Assembly (NCBI GenBank): GCA_963727445.1
Contig: CAVSGI010000011.1
Span: forward strand, 110,954-174,953
Origin: an uncultured delta proteobacterium
GTDB lineage: Bacteria; Myxococcota_A; Polyangia; Polyangiales; B10-G4
Length of the DNA: 64,000 nucleotides
Direction: 5' to 3'
The notes beneath the pieces were generated by a model that saw only the letters and a list, made by a program, of their open reading frames with translations, was not told where the DNA came from and searched no databases. Shown here piece after piece: positions 1 through 9,476 of this stretch. Numbering within the stretch: position 1 is the first letter of the stretch; the number at the start of each line of letters is the position of its first letter. A program made the position numbers and the translations under genes.

Positions 1-591
1 GTCTCGATCGAGGGTCCACTGGGGTGTGACCGCCGGGTGCCAGGGCTCGCCGTCGACGATCGTCTCGAACACCATCACGCTGGACCACGCGTAGGAATCG
101 GGCGAAGGCCAGACGGTCATGTCGAGCGTCGACACGTTCTCTTCGCGGCAGTAGCCGGCCTCATCGGTGTTGGCGAGCGCGAGGATGGACGCGCCCCCCG
201 CGTCCAGAGTGCCGAGCTCGATGGGCGGCGCGTTCGCTTCGACCGCGACGAAGGGCTGCTCCATCGAGTCCTCGACGCCATCGCATACGTCGACGGTCCG
301 AAGCACGTAATGAGCGCCGAGGACCAGCGGTATCTCGGGGATCAGCGTGTCGCCCGCGCGCTTGAGCGGAATCACGGCTTCGAGATCGGGATCGACGCGC
401 TTCAGCGAGTACTCGGGGGCGTCGAATCCGGAGGCGGTGTCGACGTGAAAGCCGGGGGTGTTGACCGGCACCTGTTCACCGACGATGACGCTCGGCAGGA
501 CGCACGAATCGAAGCACGCGGCCGCTGGCGAGGCACCCACGGTCGCTGTGAAGAGCGCGGCGAAGAACACGGCGATATCGAGGTGCTTCAT
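1..591 (-). CDS. Secreted hypothetical protein, 3' end runs off the window
   Basis: Manual translation from ATG at 591: MKHLDIAVFFAALFTATVGASPAAACFDSC..., a signal-peptide-like N-terminus with no stop before position 1. Absent from the ORF track because it is truncated. Confidence 0.7.
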   Translation of the reverse strand, partial: MKHLDIAVFFAALFTATVGASPAAACFDSCVLPSVIVGEQVPVNTPGFHVDTASGFDAPEYSLKRVDPDLEAVIPLKRAGDTLIPEIPLVLGAHYVLRTVDVCDGVEDSMEQPFVAVEANAPPIELGTLDAGGASILALANTDEAGYCREENVSTLDMTVWPSPDSYAWSSVMVFETIVDGEPWHPAVTPQWTLDRD

Positions 592-604
592 GCACCTCTT
601 CCAA

Positions 605-620
605 AGCAGTACGCGTGCCA
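605..620 (-). promoter_or_regulatory. Putative sigma54 (-24/-12) promoter
   Basis: Minus strand reads TGGCAC-GCGTA-CTGCT, matching TGGCAC-N5-TTGC with one mismatch, just upstream of the ATG at 591. Confidence 0.55.
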
Positions 621-744
621 CGCACGTGCTCCGGCAAATCGTGGTGTACGACATGTAGGCGCTGTGCCATGGGCGCTCGTTCGGCACAGAATGTGCCGCG
701 CGTGTTCTAGCGCAACGCCCCGAGCGAGCAGCGTGTGCGCGTCG

Positions 745-2859
745 TCAGAGCGAGCCGCTCGACCACGGCGCCGGCGGGGTCGTGGACATCGAAGGGGTTT
801 GCGTCGGCGTCGGAGTCGGCGTGGGCGTAGGGGGCGGGCGCATCGTCATCATGTCGAGGCGGCGCTCTTCGGGGAGGCGCCAGTCGATGCCGTCGTCCGA
901 GATGGCCTGGTTGGCCATGGTGCTCGGCGTGACCGATTGCACGACGGTCGTCGCGCCTTCGTCGTGGGTGTGTCGCCCCGCCTGGGCCTGCCCGCGCGGC
1001 GTCACCTCGAGCTCGCGGTCGACGATGGTGTCGCCCGCGTGGAACTCGACCCGGTGTGTGCCGGTGCGCCGAAAGGTGTAGCTCGCCACCCAGTGGAGTC
1101 GGTCTTCGTCCGCGCGGGCGGTGACGCGGTCGCTGCCGGTGGCGTTGATGCGCGTGATCACGAACGCCGGGGTCGCGTCGGCGGCTGGCTCTTCGATCAG
1201 CGTCACGAAGAACGTCGTCGGCTCGCGGAGCGCCGGCTCCGTCGGCACCGCTCGGAGCTCGGGCTGGGGCTCGGCTTCGATCTGCGCCTCCTCCAGCTCG
1301 TAGAGCTCGGCGAGCGCTCGCTGCGAATCGGCGTCCTCCGGATAGAAGAGCATGGCGCGGCGGTAGCGGTTCATCGCCTCGCCGTAGAAGCCCTGCGCGC
1401 GCTCGACCTCGCCCTCCTCGCGCAGGCGTCGCGCGACGTCGCGGCGGAGCTGGATCGCCCCTTCGTGCCCCGGCTCGATCTCGAGCATGCGGTCGGTGAG
1501 GGCGAGGACGTTGTCCCCGACCGGCTTCTCGAAATGGCCGTGCGAGTATGCCGCTTGCGCGCGATCGGCGAGATCGTCGAGGCGGCTGTCGCCCATCATC
1601 ATGCCGATCAGCGGCTGCCAGGCGAACGCGCCCAGCACCACCACCACTGCGCCCACCAGCGCAGCGAGCACCACAGTCTTGAGCTGGCCGAGCCGCGACC
1701 GCCGCAGGCCCGGCACCGAGGACATGCTGTCGCCGAAGGGGCTGGGCGCACGGGCCAGGCTCTCGCCGGCCATGGGCCCGGTGATGGGTGTGGCCACGTG
1801 GATCGCGGCCGGGTGCGCCGGCGGCGGCTCGGACTGCACGTAGGACGGTCGCGACGGCAGCGCGCTGATCCGCGGTGGCGCCACCACCACGTGGTCCATG
1901 CTGGCCGCGCTCCGGAGCGCGGCGGCCAGATCGTTGGCGTCGTCGTAGCGGCCGTCCGCGTTCTTGCTCAGGCAGCGCATCACCACGTCACAGACGTTGG
2001 GCGGCAGCGCGGTGCCTCCTGGTTGCCCGCGAACGTCGGGGGCCTGCTCGTTGATGTGCTTCATCAAGAGGGCGACCGGCGAGGTGGCCTCGAAGGGCGT
2101 GTGACCGGTCAGCAGCTGATAGAGGAGGACGCCGATGGAGTAGACGTCGCTGCGCGCGTCCGTCGGGTCGCCGTTCGCACCTTCGGGAGAGATGTAGCGC
2201 GCGGTTCCGAAGATCAGACCGCTCTGCGTCGCGACCGTCTGTTCGTTCTCGATGAAGCGGGCGATGCCGAAGTCGAGCACCTTGACGAAGTCCGGGTCCT
2301 GACCGCGCTGAACCAGGATCACGTTCTCCGGCTTCACGTCGCGGTGGATCACGCCCTGGCTGTGGGCCTCGCCGACCCCGTCACAGATCTGGGTGACGAT
2401 GTGCAGGGCTCGCGACGGCGGCAGCGGCGCCTCCTGCTCGACCACGTCGAGGAGGGAGCGGCCGCGCAGGTACTGCATGACCAAGTAGAGGCTTCCGTCC
2501 TCCGGCAGCTGACCGAAGAGGAACACGCGGACCACGTTCGGGTGGTCGATGGCCGCCGAGACCCTGGCCTCGCGCTGAAAGCGCCGCACCGCGTCGGGGT
2601 TGGTGGTGAGCTCCGGATGCAGGATCTTGATCGCCACATCCCGACCGATCGTGGTCTGCCGGGCCCGGTAGACGGCCCCCATGCCCCCCTGTCCCACCAG
2701 CTTCTCGATCCGGAACTGGTCGAGGAGGACCTTGCCCACGTAGGGGTCCTGAGGCAGGTCCGGATTGATCAGCGCCCCGCCGTCCTTCTGGCAGAAGAGG
2801 GCCATCCGGTCGTACCGGGTGCCGCACTTGGGACAGACCTTGAAGGGACTCGAAGACAT
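745..2859 (-). CDS. Hanks-type Ser/Thr protein kinase with N-terminal Cys pair, TM segment and extracellular region
   Basis: GQGGMGAVY, VAIK, HRDVKPEN, DFG, GTARYISPE motifs; CPKC N-terminus; hydrophobic helix VVLAALVGAVVVVLGAFAW. Confidence 0.93.
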   Translation of the reverse strand: MSSSPFKVCPKCGTRYDRMALFCQKDGGALINPDLPQDPYVGKVLLDQFRIEKLVGQGGMGAVYRARQTTIGRDVAIKILHPELTTNPDAVRRFQREARVSAAIDHPNVVRVFLFGQLPEDGSLYLVMQYLRGRSLLDVVEQEAPLPPSRALHIVTQICDGVGEAHSQGVIHRDVKPENVILVQRGQDPDFVKVLDFGIARFIENEQTVATQSGLIFGTARYISPEGANGDPTDARSDVYSIGVLLYQLLTGHTPFEATSPVALLMKHINEQAPDVRGQPGGTALPPNVCDVVMRCLSKNADGRYDDANDLAAALRSAASMDHVVVAPPRISALPSRPSYVQSEPPPAHPAAIHVATPITGPMAGESLARAPSPFGDSMSSVPGLRRSRLGQLKTVVLAALVGAVVVVLGAFAWQPLIGMMMGDSRLDDLADRAQAAYSHGHFEKPVGDNVLALTDRMLEIEPGHEGAIQLRRDVARRLREEGEVERAQGFYGEAMNRYRRAMLFYPEDADSQRALAELYELEEAQIEAEPQPELRAVPTEPALREPTTFFVTLIEEPAADATPAFVITRINATGSDRVTARADEDRLHWVASYTFRRTGTHRVEFHAGDTIVDRELEVTPRGQAQAGRHTHDEGATTVVQSVTPSTMANQAISDDGIDWRLPEERRLDMMTMRPPPTPTPTPTPTQTPSMSTTPPAPWSSGSL

Positions 2860-3018
2860 GGGCGAGGGGGGGGTCCCCTCGCGATCATGGTCCTGACGGA
2901 GGGGTTACGCCAACTCTAGACGTATGGAATCGCGCAAAGATTCGCGATCGGGCCATTTGGTCACAGTCTTGCCGGCAAGAGGCCCGAAACGATAGAGTCC
3001 TCCTCGGAGATTTGCGTA

Positions 3019-4209
3019 ATGCGTGAGCACCTCGTCCGTATCCTCCTCGCCGCGGTCGCTTTTGGCGCCCTATCGGCCCCCGTGGTGGTGGAGGCACAGA
3101 GCGTCATCGTCCTGGGGCTCCGTTCGGCCGAGGGCGACGACGAGTTCGCCAACAATCTCTCGGGCGCACTCCGCAACGCGGCTTCACGAGTGACCGGGTG
3201 GGAGCTCAACACCCGCGAGGTCTCCCTCGCGCAGATGACCCTGGCCCATGGTTGCGATGCCGCCGACGTCGGCTGCATGTCCGACATCGGAAACACCCTC
3301 GGCGTTCGCTTGGTCATTTACGGCAACGTCCGCCGCACCAGCACCCAGTCCGACTTCGACTATTCCCTGAGCCTCTACATGTTCGACACCGAGTCGGGGT
3401 CGATCACGGAGCAGCTCACGGACACCATCCCTCGGGTCCAGGCGGACATCGACGATCTGCGCGAAAAGGCGCGCGGGTACATCACCCAGTTCTCCGGCGC
3501 CGAGCGCACGGGAACCATTCGAATCCAAGCCAACCTCGCCTCGGCCGAGGTCTTCGTGGATGGGGAGAGCCTGGGGATGACCACCGGCGGGGCGTTCGAG
3601 TCCACGGTCCCGGTGGGATCCCACCAGATCGAAGTCCGGGCCGAGGGCCACAACACCTACCGCGGCTCGGTGACGGTGGCCGCCGACGAGACCTCGGACG
3701 TCGACGTCGAGCTCACCGAGGGCGACGAGGACGAGATCATCGTCGGCCCTGAAACCGGCGGCACCGGCGGACCCGTCGCCTCGTCGGGAGGCGGCGCGAA
3801 CTGGCCGGCGATCATCTCCTTCGCCCTGGCGGGCGTGGGTGCGGGCCTCACCATCACCTCCTGGGTCATCATCGACGGCGTCAACGGCAGCGACGAGCTG
3901 CGCAGCGCGCGCGAGCAGGTGGGCAGAATGGTGTCTGATCCCATGAACACCGACGCGTGCCAGTACATGCGCGACAACCCGATGAGCACGAGCACGTGGA
4001 CCGATGGCCTCGCCAAGTGCGACGAGGGCGCTCTGTGGACCGCGCTCCAGTACGTCTTCCTCGGTGTGACCGGTGTCGCCCTCGCGGCGGGCATCGTCTT
4101 CTTGGTGCTCGGCGGCAACGACGACGACGACGCGCCGGTTAGCACCATCTCCCTTCTGCCCTCTTTCGGCCCGAACCGTGGCTCCGTCACGGCGCGCATG
4201 ACCTTCTGA
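3019..4209 (+). CDS. PEGA-domain membrane/secreted protein
   Basis: Signal peptide; PEGA-like AEVFVDGESLG...VPVGSHQIEVRAEG; two C-terminal hydrophobic helices; terminal Phe. Confidence 0.8.
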   Translation: MREHLVRILLAAVAFGALSAPVVVEAQSVIVLGLRSAEGDDEFANNLSGALRNAASRVTGWELNTREVSLAQMTLAHGCDAADVGCMSDIGNTLGVRLVIYGNVRRTSTQSDFDYSLSLYMFDTESGSITEQLTDTIPRVQADIDDLREKARGYITQFSGAERTGTIRIQANLASAEVFVDGESLGMTTGGAFESTVPVGSHQIEVRAEGHNTYRGSVTVAADETSDVDVELTEGDEDEIIVGPETGGTGGPVASSGGGANWPAIISFALAGVGAGLTITSWVIIDGVNGSDELRSAREQVGRMVSDPMNTDACQYMRDNPMSTSTWTDGLAKCDEGALWTALQYVFLGVTGVALAAGIVFLVLGGNDDDDAPVSTISLLPSFGPNRGSVTARMTF

Positions 4210-4793
4210 GCGACCTCCGAATCATCGGCGGGCGGCTCTCGGGCCGCCGCTTTCGCGGGCCGGGCAAGCGCACGCGTCCCACCGCGGATCGCGTGCGCGA
4301 GGCGATGTTCTCGGCGCTGTCGGCCCGTGGCGCCGTGGAAGGGGCGCGGGTGCTCGACCTCTTCGCCGGAACCGGGGCGCTGGCCTTCGAGGCGCTGAGC
4401 CGTGGCGCGGAGCGCGCCGTCGCGGTGGACGACGATCGGCGGGCGCGCGCGGCGATCCAGAAGGACGCCGAGGCGCTCGGCCTTTCGGACCTCCTGGTGG
4501 TGGTGGGGATGGATCTGTTGGGCGCGCCCGAAAGAGCCGCCGAACGCCTCGCCCGCCAGGGGCCCTTCGACCTGATCCTCGCCGACCCCCCGTACGTGGA
4601 CGCGGGACGGGCGATCGCGCTCCTCGCTCTGCTCGCCGAGGCGGGCGCCGCCGATCCGGACGCCGTGGTGGTCCTCGAGCACGCGACCCGGGACGCGCTG
4701 GAGCTCGGTCCGAGGCTCGCCAGCGTGGCGTCCTATCGGTATGGTGACACCTCTGTCGAGTTGATGAATTTCATGGAGCCCCAGGTGCGATGA
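4206..4793 (+). CDS. rsmD: 16S rRNA m2G966 methyltransferase RsmD
   Basis: LRIIGG...[33 protein letters not shown] and DPPY motifs; upstream of coaD. Homology extends 5' of the GTG at 4293 to a CTG at 4206. Confidence 0.9.
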   Translation: MSDLRIIGGRLSGRRFRGPGKRTRPTADRVREAMFSALSARGAVEGARVLDLFAGTGALAFEALSRGAERAVAVDDDRRARAAIQKDAEALGLSDLLVVVGMDLLGAPERAAERLARQGPFDLILADPPYVDAGRAIALLALLAEAGAADPDAVVVLEHATRDALELGPRLASVASYRYGDTSVELMNFMEPQVR

Positions 4794-5284
4794 CAGTCGC
4801 GATCTATCCGGGATCGTTCGATCCCATCACCAACGGACACGTCAGCATCATCAAGAGCGGTCTGACCGTCTTCGACTCGCTGATCGTCGCCGTCGTGTCC
4901 AACCCGAAGAAGTCGCCGCTCTTCTCGGTGGAGGAGCGGATCGACATGATCCGGCAGTCGATCGACGAAGCGACCCCCGACGGCAAGGACAAGGTCGCAG
5001 TCGACAACTTCGAGGGGCTCCTCGTCGACTACTGCCGCCAGAAGGGGGCGAAGATCATCTTGCGCGGCCTGCGCGCGGTGGCCGACTTCGAGTACGAGCT
5101 TCAGATGGCGAACATGAACCGCCACATGGAGCCGGGCATCGAGACCGTCTTCATCATGGCGAACGACGCCTACTTCTACGTGAGCTCCAACCTCGTCAAG
5201 GAGGCGGCGACGCTGGGGGGCGGCGTCTCCAAGCTCGTCCCACCCTGCGTGGGCCCCAAGCTGTACGCCAAGCTCGGCCGGTAG
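4790..5284 (+). CDS. coaD: Phosphopantetheine adenylyltransferase
   Basis: [26 protein letters not shown] and VSSNLVKE motifs. Confidence 0.97.
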   Translation: MTVAIYPGSFDPITNGHVSIIKSGLTVFDSLIVAVVSNPKKSPLFSVEERIDMIRQSIDEATPDGKDKVAVDNFEGLLVDYCRQKGAKIILRGLRAVADFEYELQMANMNRHMEPGIETVFIMANDAYFYVSSNLVKEAATLGGGVSKLVPPCVGPKLYAKLGR

Positions 5285-6402
5285 AGCGGCTCCGCCGCCA
5301 GGCCCTGATCGCGCAGGATCCGCAGGGTCGGCACGTCGGCGAGACCGATGCGCCCCGAGCGCAGCTCGTCGACGGTCGCTTCGCCGTTCTGCACCGCGTG
5401 GCGGACGCGGAGGTAGCCGCGGAGGTAGCCCGCGTCCCGCGCCACGCCGCCGCCGCGATAGGCCCGCTCGCAGATCGCCACCGCGTCCTCGGGGGCGAAG
5501 CCGTGGTCCATCGCGAGCGCGCGCACCGAATCCTGGAACGTGGCGCCCGCGTGCATGCGGTCGGTGATCCAGACCCGCGCCGCCAGGATGCGCAGTCGAT
5601 AACCGTCGAGCACACCCGCGAGCTCCTCGAGGTAGAGCGCCACGCCTTCCTGGTCACCGAAGGAGCCCGCCGTTCCGTGCTCGAGCAGACGTATGGGCTG
5701 GGCGCGTCCGTTGGCGGCGGCGACCAGGTGCCCGAGGACCTCGTGCACCGCGAGGCGAAGCGCTTCGCGCGCGCCGAAGGTGCGGTCCGCGACGAACACC
5801 ACGCGCTCACCCGTCGCTGCGCCGGCTGACAGACGCGGCTCGACCCGCACCTCCACGTCGAGGCGGGCGTGACGCGCCACCCGGCGCACGAGCTCGGCGA
5901 GGGAGGGCTCGCCGAGGAGCGCCGTCGCGGGCAGGACGCGTGCTTCGGGCTGTCCCTCGGTCTCGGAGAGGATGTGCCGCGCGACTTCCGCCACCGGCAT
6001 GGTCGTGGCCTGGCCCTCTGCGCCGTCCACTGGCACTTCGGAGCGGCCCGTGCCGAAGCGCCGGGCCGCCAGGGGGCGGACGCGCTTGGCGTCGCCGATC
6101 GCCTCGAGCAACGCGAGATCGATCTCGAGCTCTTCGAGGCGCGCGAGGTAGAGCGCTCCGGCTGGCGGCACCTTTTCGGCGAGAGCGCGGGCCGCGTCGA
6201 GGAGCGCATAGGCTTCGGGCGGCACGCGGCGCGGGCGGATGTCGAAGCGCGGCGTGGCCACGTCGCCGCGGGACACCGCGCGGATCAGGCGTTGGCGTTC
6301 GGCCGCCGCGTTGTCCGCGGTGAGCGCCGGCAGAAGCCGCGCGATGCCGTGGAGGCGCCCCAGGTGTGCGTCGAGGGTGAGTCGCGGGTCGCGGTCGGTC
6401 AT
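5176..6402 (-). CDS. DUF1704-like (QEGLA-type) metallopeptidase-domain protein
   Basis: HEVLGH zinc motif, QEGVA and RAYRGGG...RDAGYLRG motifs. Confidence 0.8.
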   Translation of the reverse strand: MTDRDPRLTLDAHLGRLHGIARLLPALTADNAAAERQRLIRAVSRGDVATPRFDIRPRRVPPEAYALLDAARALAEKVPPAGALYLARLEELEIDLALLEAIGDAKRVRPLAARRFGTGRSEVPVDGAEGQATTMPVAEVARHILSETEGQPEARVLPATALLGEPSLAELVRRVARHARLDVEVRVEPRLSAGAATGERVVFVADRTFGAREALRLAVHEVLGHLVAAANGRAQPIRLLEHGTAGSFGDQEGVALYLEELAGVLDGYRLRILAARVWITDRMHAGATFQDSVRALAMDHGFAPEDAVAICERAYRGGGVARDAGYLRGYLRVRHAVQNGEATVDELRSGRIGLADVPTLRILRDQGLAAEPLYRPSLAYSLGPTQGGTSLETPPPSVAASLTRLELT

Positions 6403-7857
6403 CTAGAGGAGCTCGGTCGCGCGCTCGGCGAGCTCGCTCCGTTCGCCCTTGGCGAGGGTGATGTGCCCGGAGATGCGCTCGTCTCGGAAGCGCTGCGCGA
6501 CGATGGCGAGACCGTTGCTCGCGGCGTCCACGTACGGGTTGTCGATCTGGTACGGGTCGCCGGTGAGCACGATCTTGGTGTCGGCGCCGCAGCGCGTGAT
6601 GATCGTCTTCACTTCGTGTGGCGTGAGGTTCTGGGCCTCGTCGACGATCAGGAACTGGTTGGGCAGGGACCGGCCGCGGATGTAGGTCAGCGGCTCCACC
6701 TGCAAGGTCCCCGAGGCGACCAGCTCCGACCAGTCACGGCCGCTGCTCATTCGGGTGCGCCCCGTCGAAAAGATGTACTCGAGGTTGTCGAAGATCGGCT
6801 GCATCCACGGGTTGAGCTTCTCTTCGATGGTGCCCGGAAGGAATCCGACGTCCTTGCCGAGGGGGAAGATCGGCCGCGACACGAGCAGGCGCGCGTAGGT
6901 GCCGTCGTCGAGGACCGACTTCAGGCCCGCGGCGATGGTGAGGAGCGTCTTGCCGGTGCCCGCCTTGCCGACGAGGGTGAGCAGGTGCACGTCGGGGTTG
7001 AGCAGCATGTCGAGGGCGAAGTGCTGCTCCATGTTGCGCGGCCGAACGCCCCACGCGCCCTCGCGCGTGATGCGCAGCGGGACGATGGCTTCGCGCGCCG
7101 CGTCGAAGCGGCCGAGCGCGGTGTGCTTCGCCGAGTCGCGGTCGCGCAGGACGATCCCCGAGTGCGGGTGGATGGCGTCGTCGTCGGGCGGCGCGACGTC
7201 GCCGATCGGCACGTCCTCGCGGCGGCCGAGGCGGTCGACCAGCTCGCTCTCGACCTCGAGGGTCGCGATGCCCCGATAGAGCTCGTCGATGCGGATGCGG
7301 CCGCCCTCGTAGTTCTCGGCGCGCAGGCCCAGAGCGTCGGCGCGGATTCGAAGGTTCGAATCCATCGTGACGAAGATCACCGGGATGTCCGGGTTCTGGT
7401 CCCTCAGCTCGAGGGCCATTCCCATGATCGCGTGGTCCATCCCCCGGTTGTCGAGCTTGCGGAGCCGAGACGGATCCTTCGGTACACCGACGCGCAGCCG
7501 GCCGCCCTCGTCGAGATCGACGCCCTTTTCGAGCGAGCCACCGCTCTTCTCGCGCATCTCGTCGAGAAAGCGGGCGATCGTTCGGGCGTTGCGCCCGAGC
7601 TCGCTCATGTCCTTCTTGAACTGGTCGACCTCCTCGATCACGTAGATCGGGATCACGACCTCGTTCTCTTCGAACTTCTTGATGGCCCCGGGATCGTGGA
7701 GGAGGACGTTCGTGTCCAGGACGTGGATCTTGCGGGTCATCTTGTCAGCGCGGCTCCGTAGCACGGCATCGTCTCGTTTCAAGCGGCTGCCGGAGGACGC
7801 AGGGGGGGACGGCGTGCCCGTGACTTGGGTGCCGACTCCGTCGGGTGATTGCTTCAT
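6403..7857 (-). CDS. PhoH family protein with N-terminal PIN domain (alternative start 7740)
   Basis: VLDTNVLLHDP (PIN), GKAGTGKT Walker A, YIRGRSL, IVDEAQN, GDPYQID. Confidence 0.93.
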   Translation of the reverse strand: MKQSPDGVGTQVTGTPSPPASSGSRLKRDDAVLRSRADKMTRKIHVLDTNVLLHDPGAIKKFEENEVVIPIYVIEEVDQFKKDMSELGRNARTIARFLDEMREKSGGSLEKGVDLDEGGRLRVGVPKDPSRLRKLDNRGMDHAIMGMALELRDQNPDIPVIFVTMDSNLRIRADALGLRAENYEGGRIRIDELYRGIATLEVESELVDRLGRREDVPIGDVAPPDDDAIHPHSGIVLRDRDSAKHTALGRFDAAREAIVPLRITREGAWGVRPRNMEQHFALDMLLNPDVHLLTLVGKAGTGKTLLTIAAGLKSVLDDGTYARLLVSRPIFPLGKDVGFLPGTIEEKLNPWMQPIFDNLEYIFSTGRTRMSSGRDWSELVASGTLQVEPLTYIRGRSLPNQFLIVDEAQNLTPHEVKTIITRCGADTKIVLTGDPYQIDNPYVDAASNGLAIVAQRFRDERISGHITLAKGERSELAERATELL

Positions 7858-8561
7858 GCGGGCTGTGGCCTCGTGAGGATCTCGGTCATGCTGATGCGTT
7901 CGCTGCCCATCACTTCACTGCAGACTTCGGTGAGGGCGAGCGCGCGCATGGTTATCACTTCGGCGGCCGCGGGGTCTTCCGCCTCGGGGAAGACCCCTCG
8001 GTCGACGATGGCGCAGATGGCGCCAGCTTCGAGGTACGCTGGGGCGGCCTCGACGTCGACCCCACCGGCGGCCGCGAGGGGCAGGTCGGGGAAATCGTCG
8101 ACCAGCGACTTGAAATAAGCGGGCCCGCCGAGGCCCGCCGCTGGATGAACGGCGATCAGGTCCGGCTCGGCCCCTGCGCAGCGGAGGAGCTCGGTGGGGG
8201 TGGCCGCGCCTGCCACCACCGCCAGGCCCCGGGCACGCGCGGCGTGGATGATCTCCACGTCGCACACCGGGGAGATGACGAAATGAGCGCCGGCGGCCAC
8301 CGCCATCATCACCTGTTCGACCGAGACCACACCCGAAACGCCGACCGAGAGGTTGGCCTCGTCCGCCAGATCCGAAGCCACCTCGGTCACCTCGGGATAC
8401 TGAACGGGGATGCCCAGGAGCTTGATCCCACCCTTGGCGACGGCGATGGCCCAATCGAAGAGCTGGTCCGCTACGGGAGCCCGGACGACGGCGACGAGGC
8501 CATGGTCACGGATCAGGTGTGCCGTGTCGCTCACCGAAGGCTCAGTAGATCCCGTGGCCAT
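7854..8561 (-). CDS. KDPG/KHG aldolase-fold protein, apparently lacking catalytic residues
   Basis: VAVVRA, AGAHFVISP, GAATPTE and AAGGV motifs; expected catalytic Glu and Lys positions appear substituted. Confidence 0.75.
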   Translation of the reverse strand: MATGSTEPSVSDTAHLIRDHGLVAVVRAPVADQLFDWAIAVAKGGIKLLGIPVQYPEVTEVASDLADEANLSVGVSGVVSVEQVMMAVAAGAHFVISPVCDVEIIHAARARGLAVVAGAATPTELLRCAGAEPDLIAVHPAAGLGGPAYFKSLVDDFPDLPLAAAGGVDVEAAPAYLEAGAICAIVDRGVFPEAEDPAAAEVITMRALALTEVCSEVMGSERISMTEILTRPQPA

Positions 8562-8628
8562 CGCGACGTCAAGGCCCAGTAGCCGAAGCGGTCTATCTTC
8601 GGCCCGAGGGGGGCGCTAGACTTCCGCG

Positions 8629-9426
8629 GTGATGCTGGCACGCGCTCTCACCCTCGCTCTCGTGGTGTCGGCGGCGGGCGTGGCAGCCGAGGCACGCGCG
8701 CAGGTGAGCCCGGACGTGGCGGAGGCCCATCGCGCGGCTCTGGCGGGCAATTTCGATGCCGCGACCGGTGCGCTCGATGCTGCGCTCGCCCGGTCGAACC
8801 TGAGCCGCGAAGATCTGTTGACCATCTACGAAGCGAAGGTCTTCGTGGACTTCGCGAACGGCGCGACCGATCGGATGGGGGAGAACCTCGAGCGCATCGC
8901 CGCCCTCGACCCGAACCATGCCTTCGACCCGAACTTCTTCCCCGCCGACGTGACCAACGTCTTCCGCGCCATCGTGAACGAGCGCGGCGCGCCCCTCACG
9001 GTGGAGGCGGACGCGGTGGTCCTCGCGAGCGGCGAGTTCGAAGTGCGCGCCGAGGTCGACAACGATCCGGGCCTGTCGCGCGACGTGCGTGTCTACGGGC
9101 GCGGCGGCGCAGGGCAGTGGGAGACCGGGTCCCGAAGCGTCCGGGTGGCGGCGGAAGGGGCGGATACCGGGCTCTACTACGCTGAGGCGATCGGTCCGGG
9201 TGGCGCGGTCCTGGCGCGGGACGGCCAACCGCTCTCCCCGCGCACGGTCGACCTCTCGGGCGCTCCCGAAGAAGGCGGCGGCGGGGTGCCCATGTGGGTC
9301 TGGATCGCCGGTGGCGCGGTTCTGGCCGCGATCGTGGTGACCATCATCGCCGTGGCGGTGAGCAGCAGCGGGGTATCCGACAATACCCAGCCCACCGGTC
9401 CGATGGTGCGCTTCTCCGGGATGTGA
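8629..9426 (+). CDS. Secreted protein with helical-repeat N-terminus and C-terminal TM anchor
   Basis: Signal peptide; C-terminal WVWIAGGAVLAAIVVTIIAVAV helix; preceded by TAGACT-N6-GTG. Confidence 0.7.
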   Translation: MMLARALTLALVVSAAGVAAEARAQVSPDVAEAHRAALAGNFDAATGALDAALARSNLSREDLLTIYEAKVFVDFANGATDRMGENLERIAALDPNHAFDPNFFPADVTNVFRAIVNERGAPLTVEADAVVLASGEFEVRAEVDNDPGLSRDVRVYGRGGAGQWETGSRSVRVAAEGADTGLYYAEAIGPGGAVLARDGQPLSPRTVDLSGAPEEGGGGVPMWVWIAGGAVLAAIVVTIIAVAVSSSGVSDNTQPTGPMVRFSGM

Positions 9427-9476
9427 TTCCCCGCGTTTGTGGCTCCATGGGGCGGTGATCTAGGATCTCCCCTCAG

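Noticed and set aside
37..2919. Long antisense ORFs (37-2919, 5869-7761, 12750-15284, 15695-17866, 34280-36460, 50550-52733 and similar)
   Set aside because: Shadow frames of motif-bearing genes on the opposite strand, expected in high-GC DNA; no recognisable motifs.
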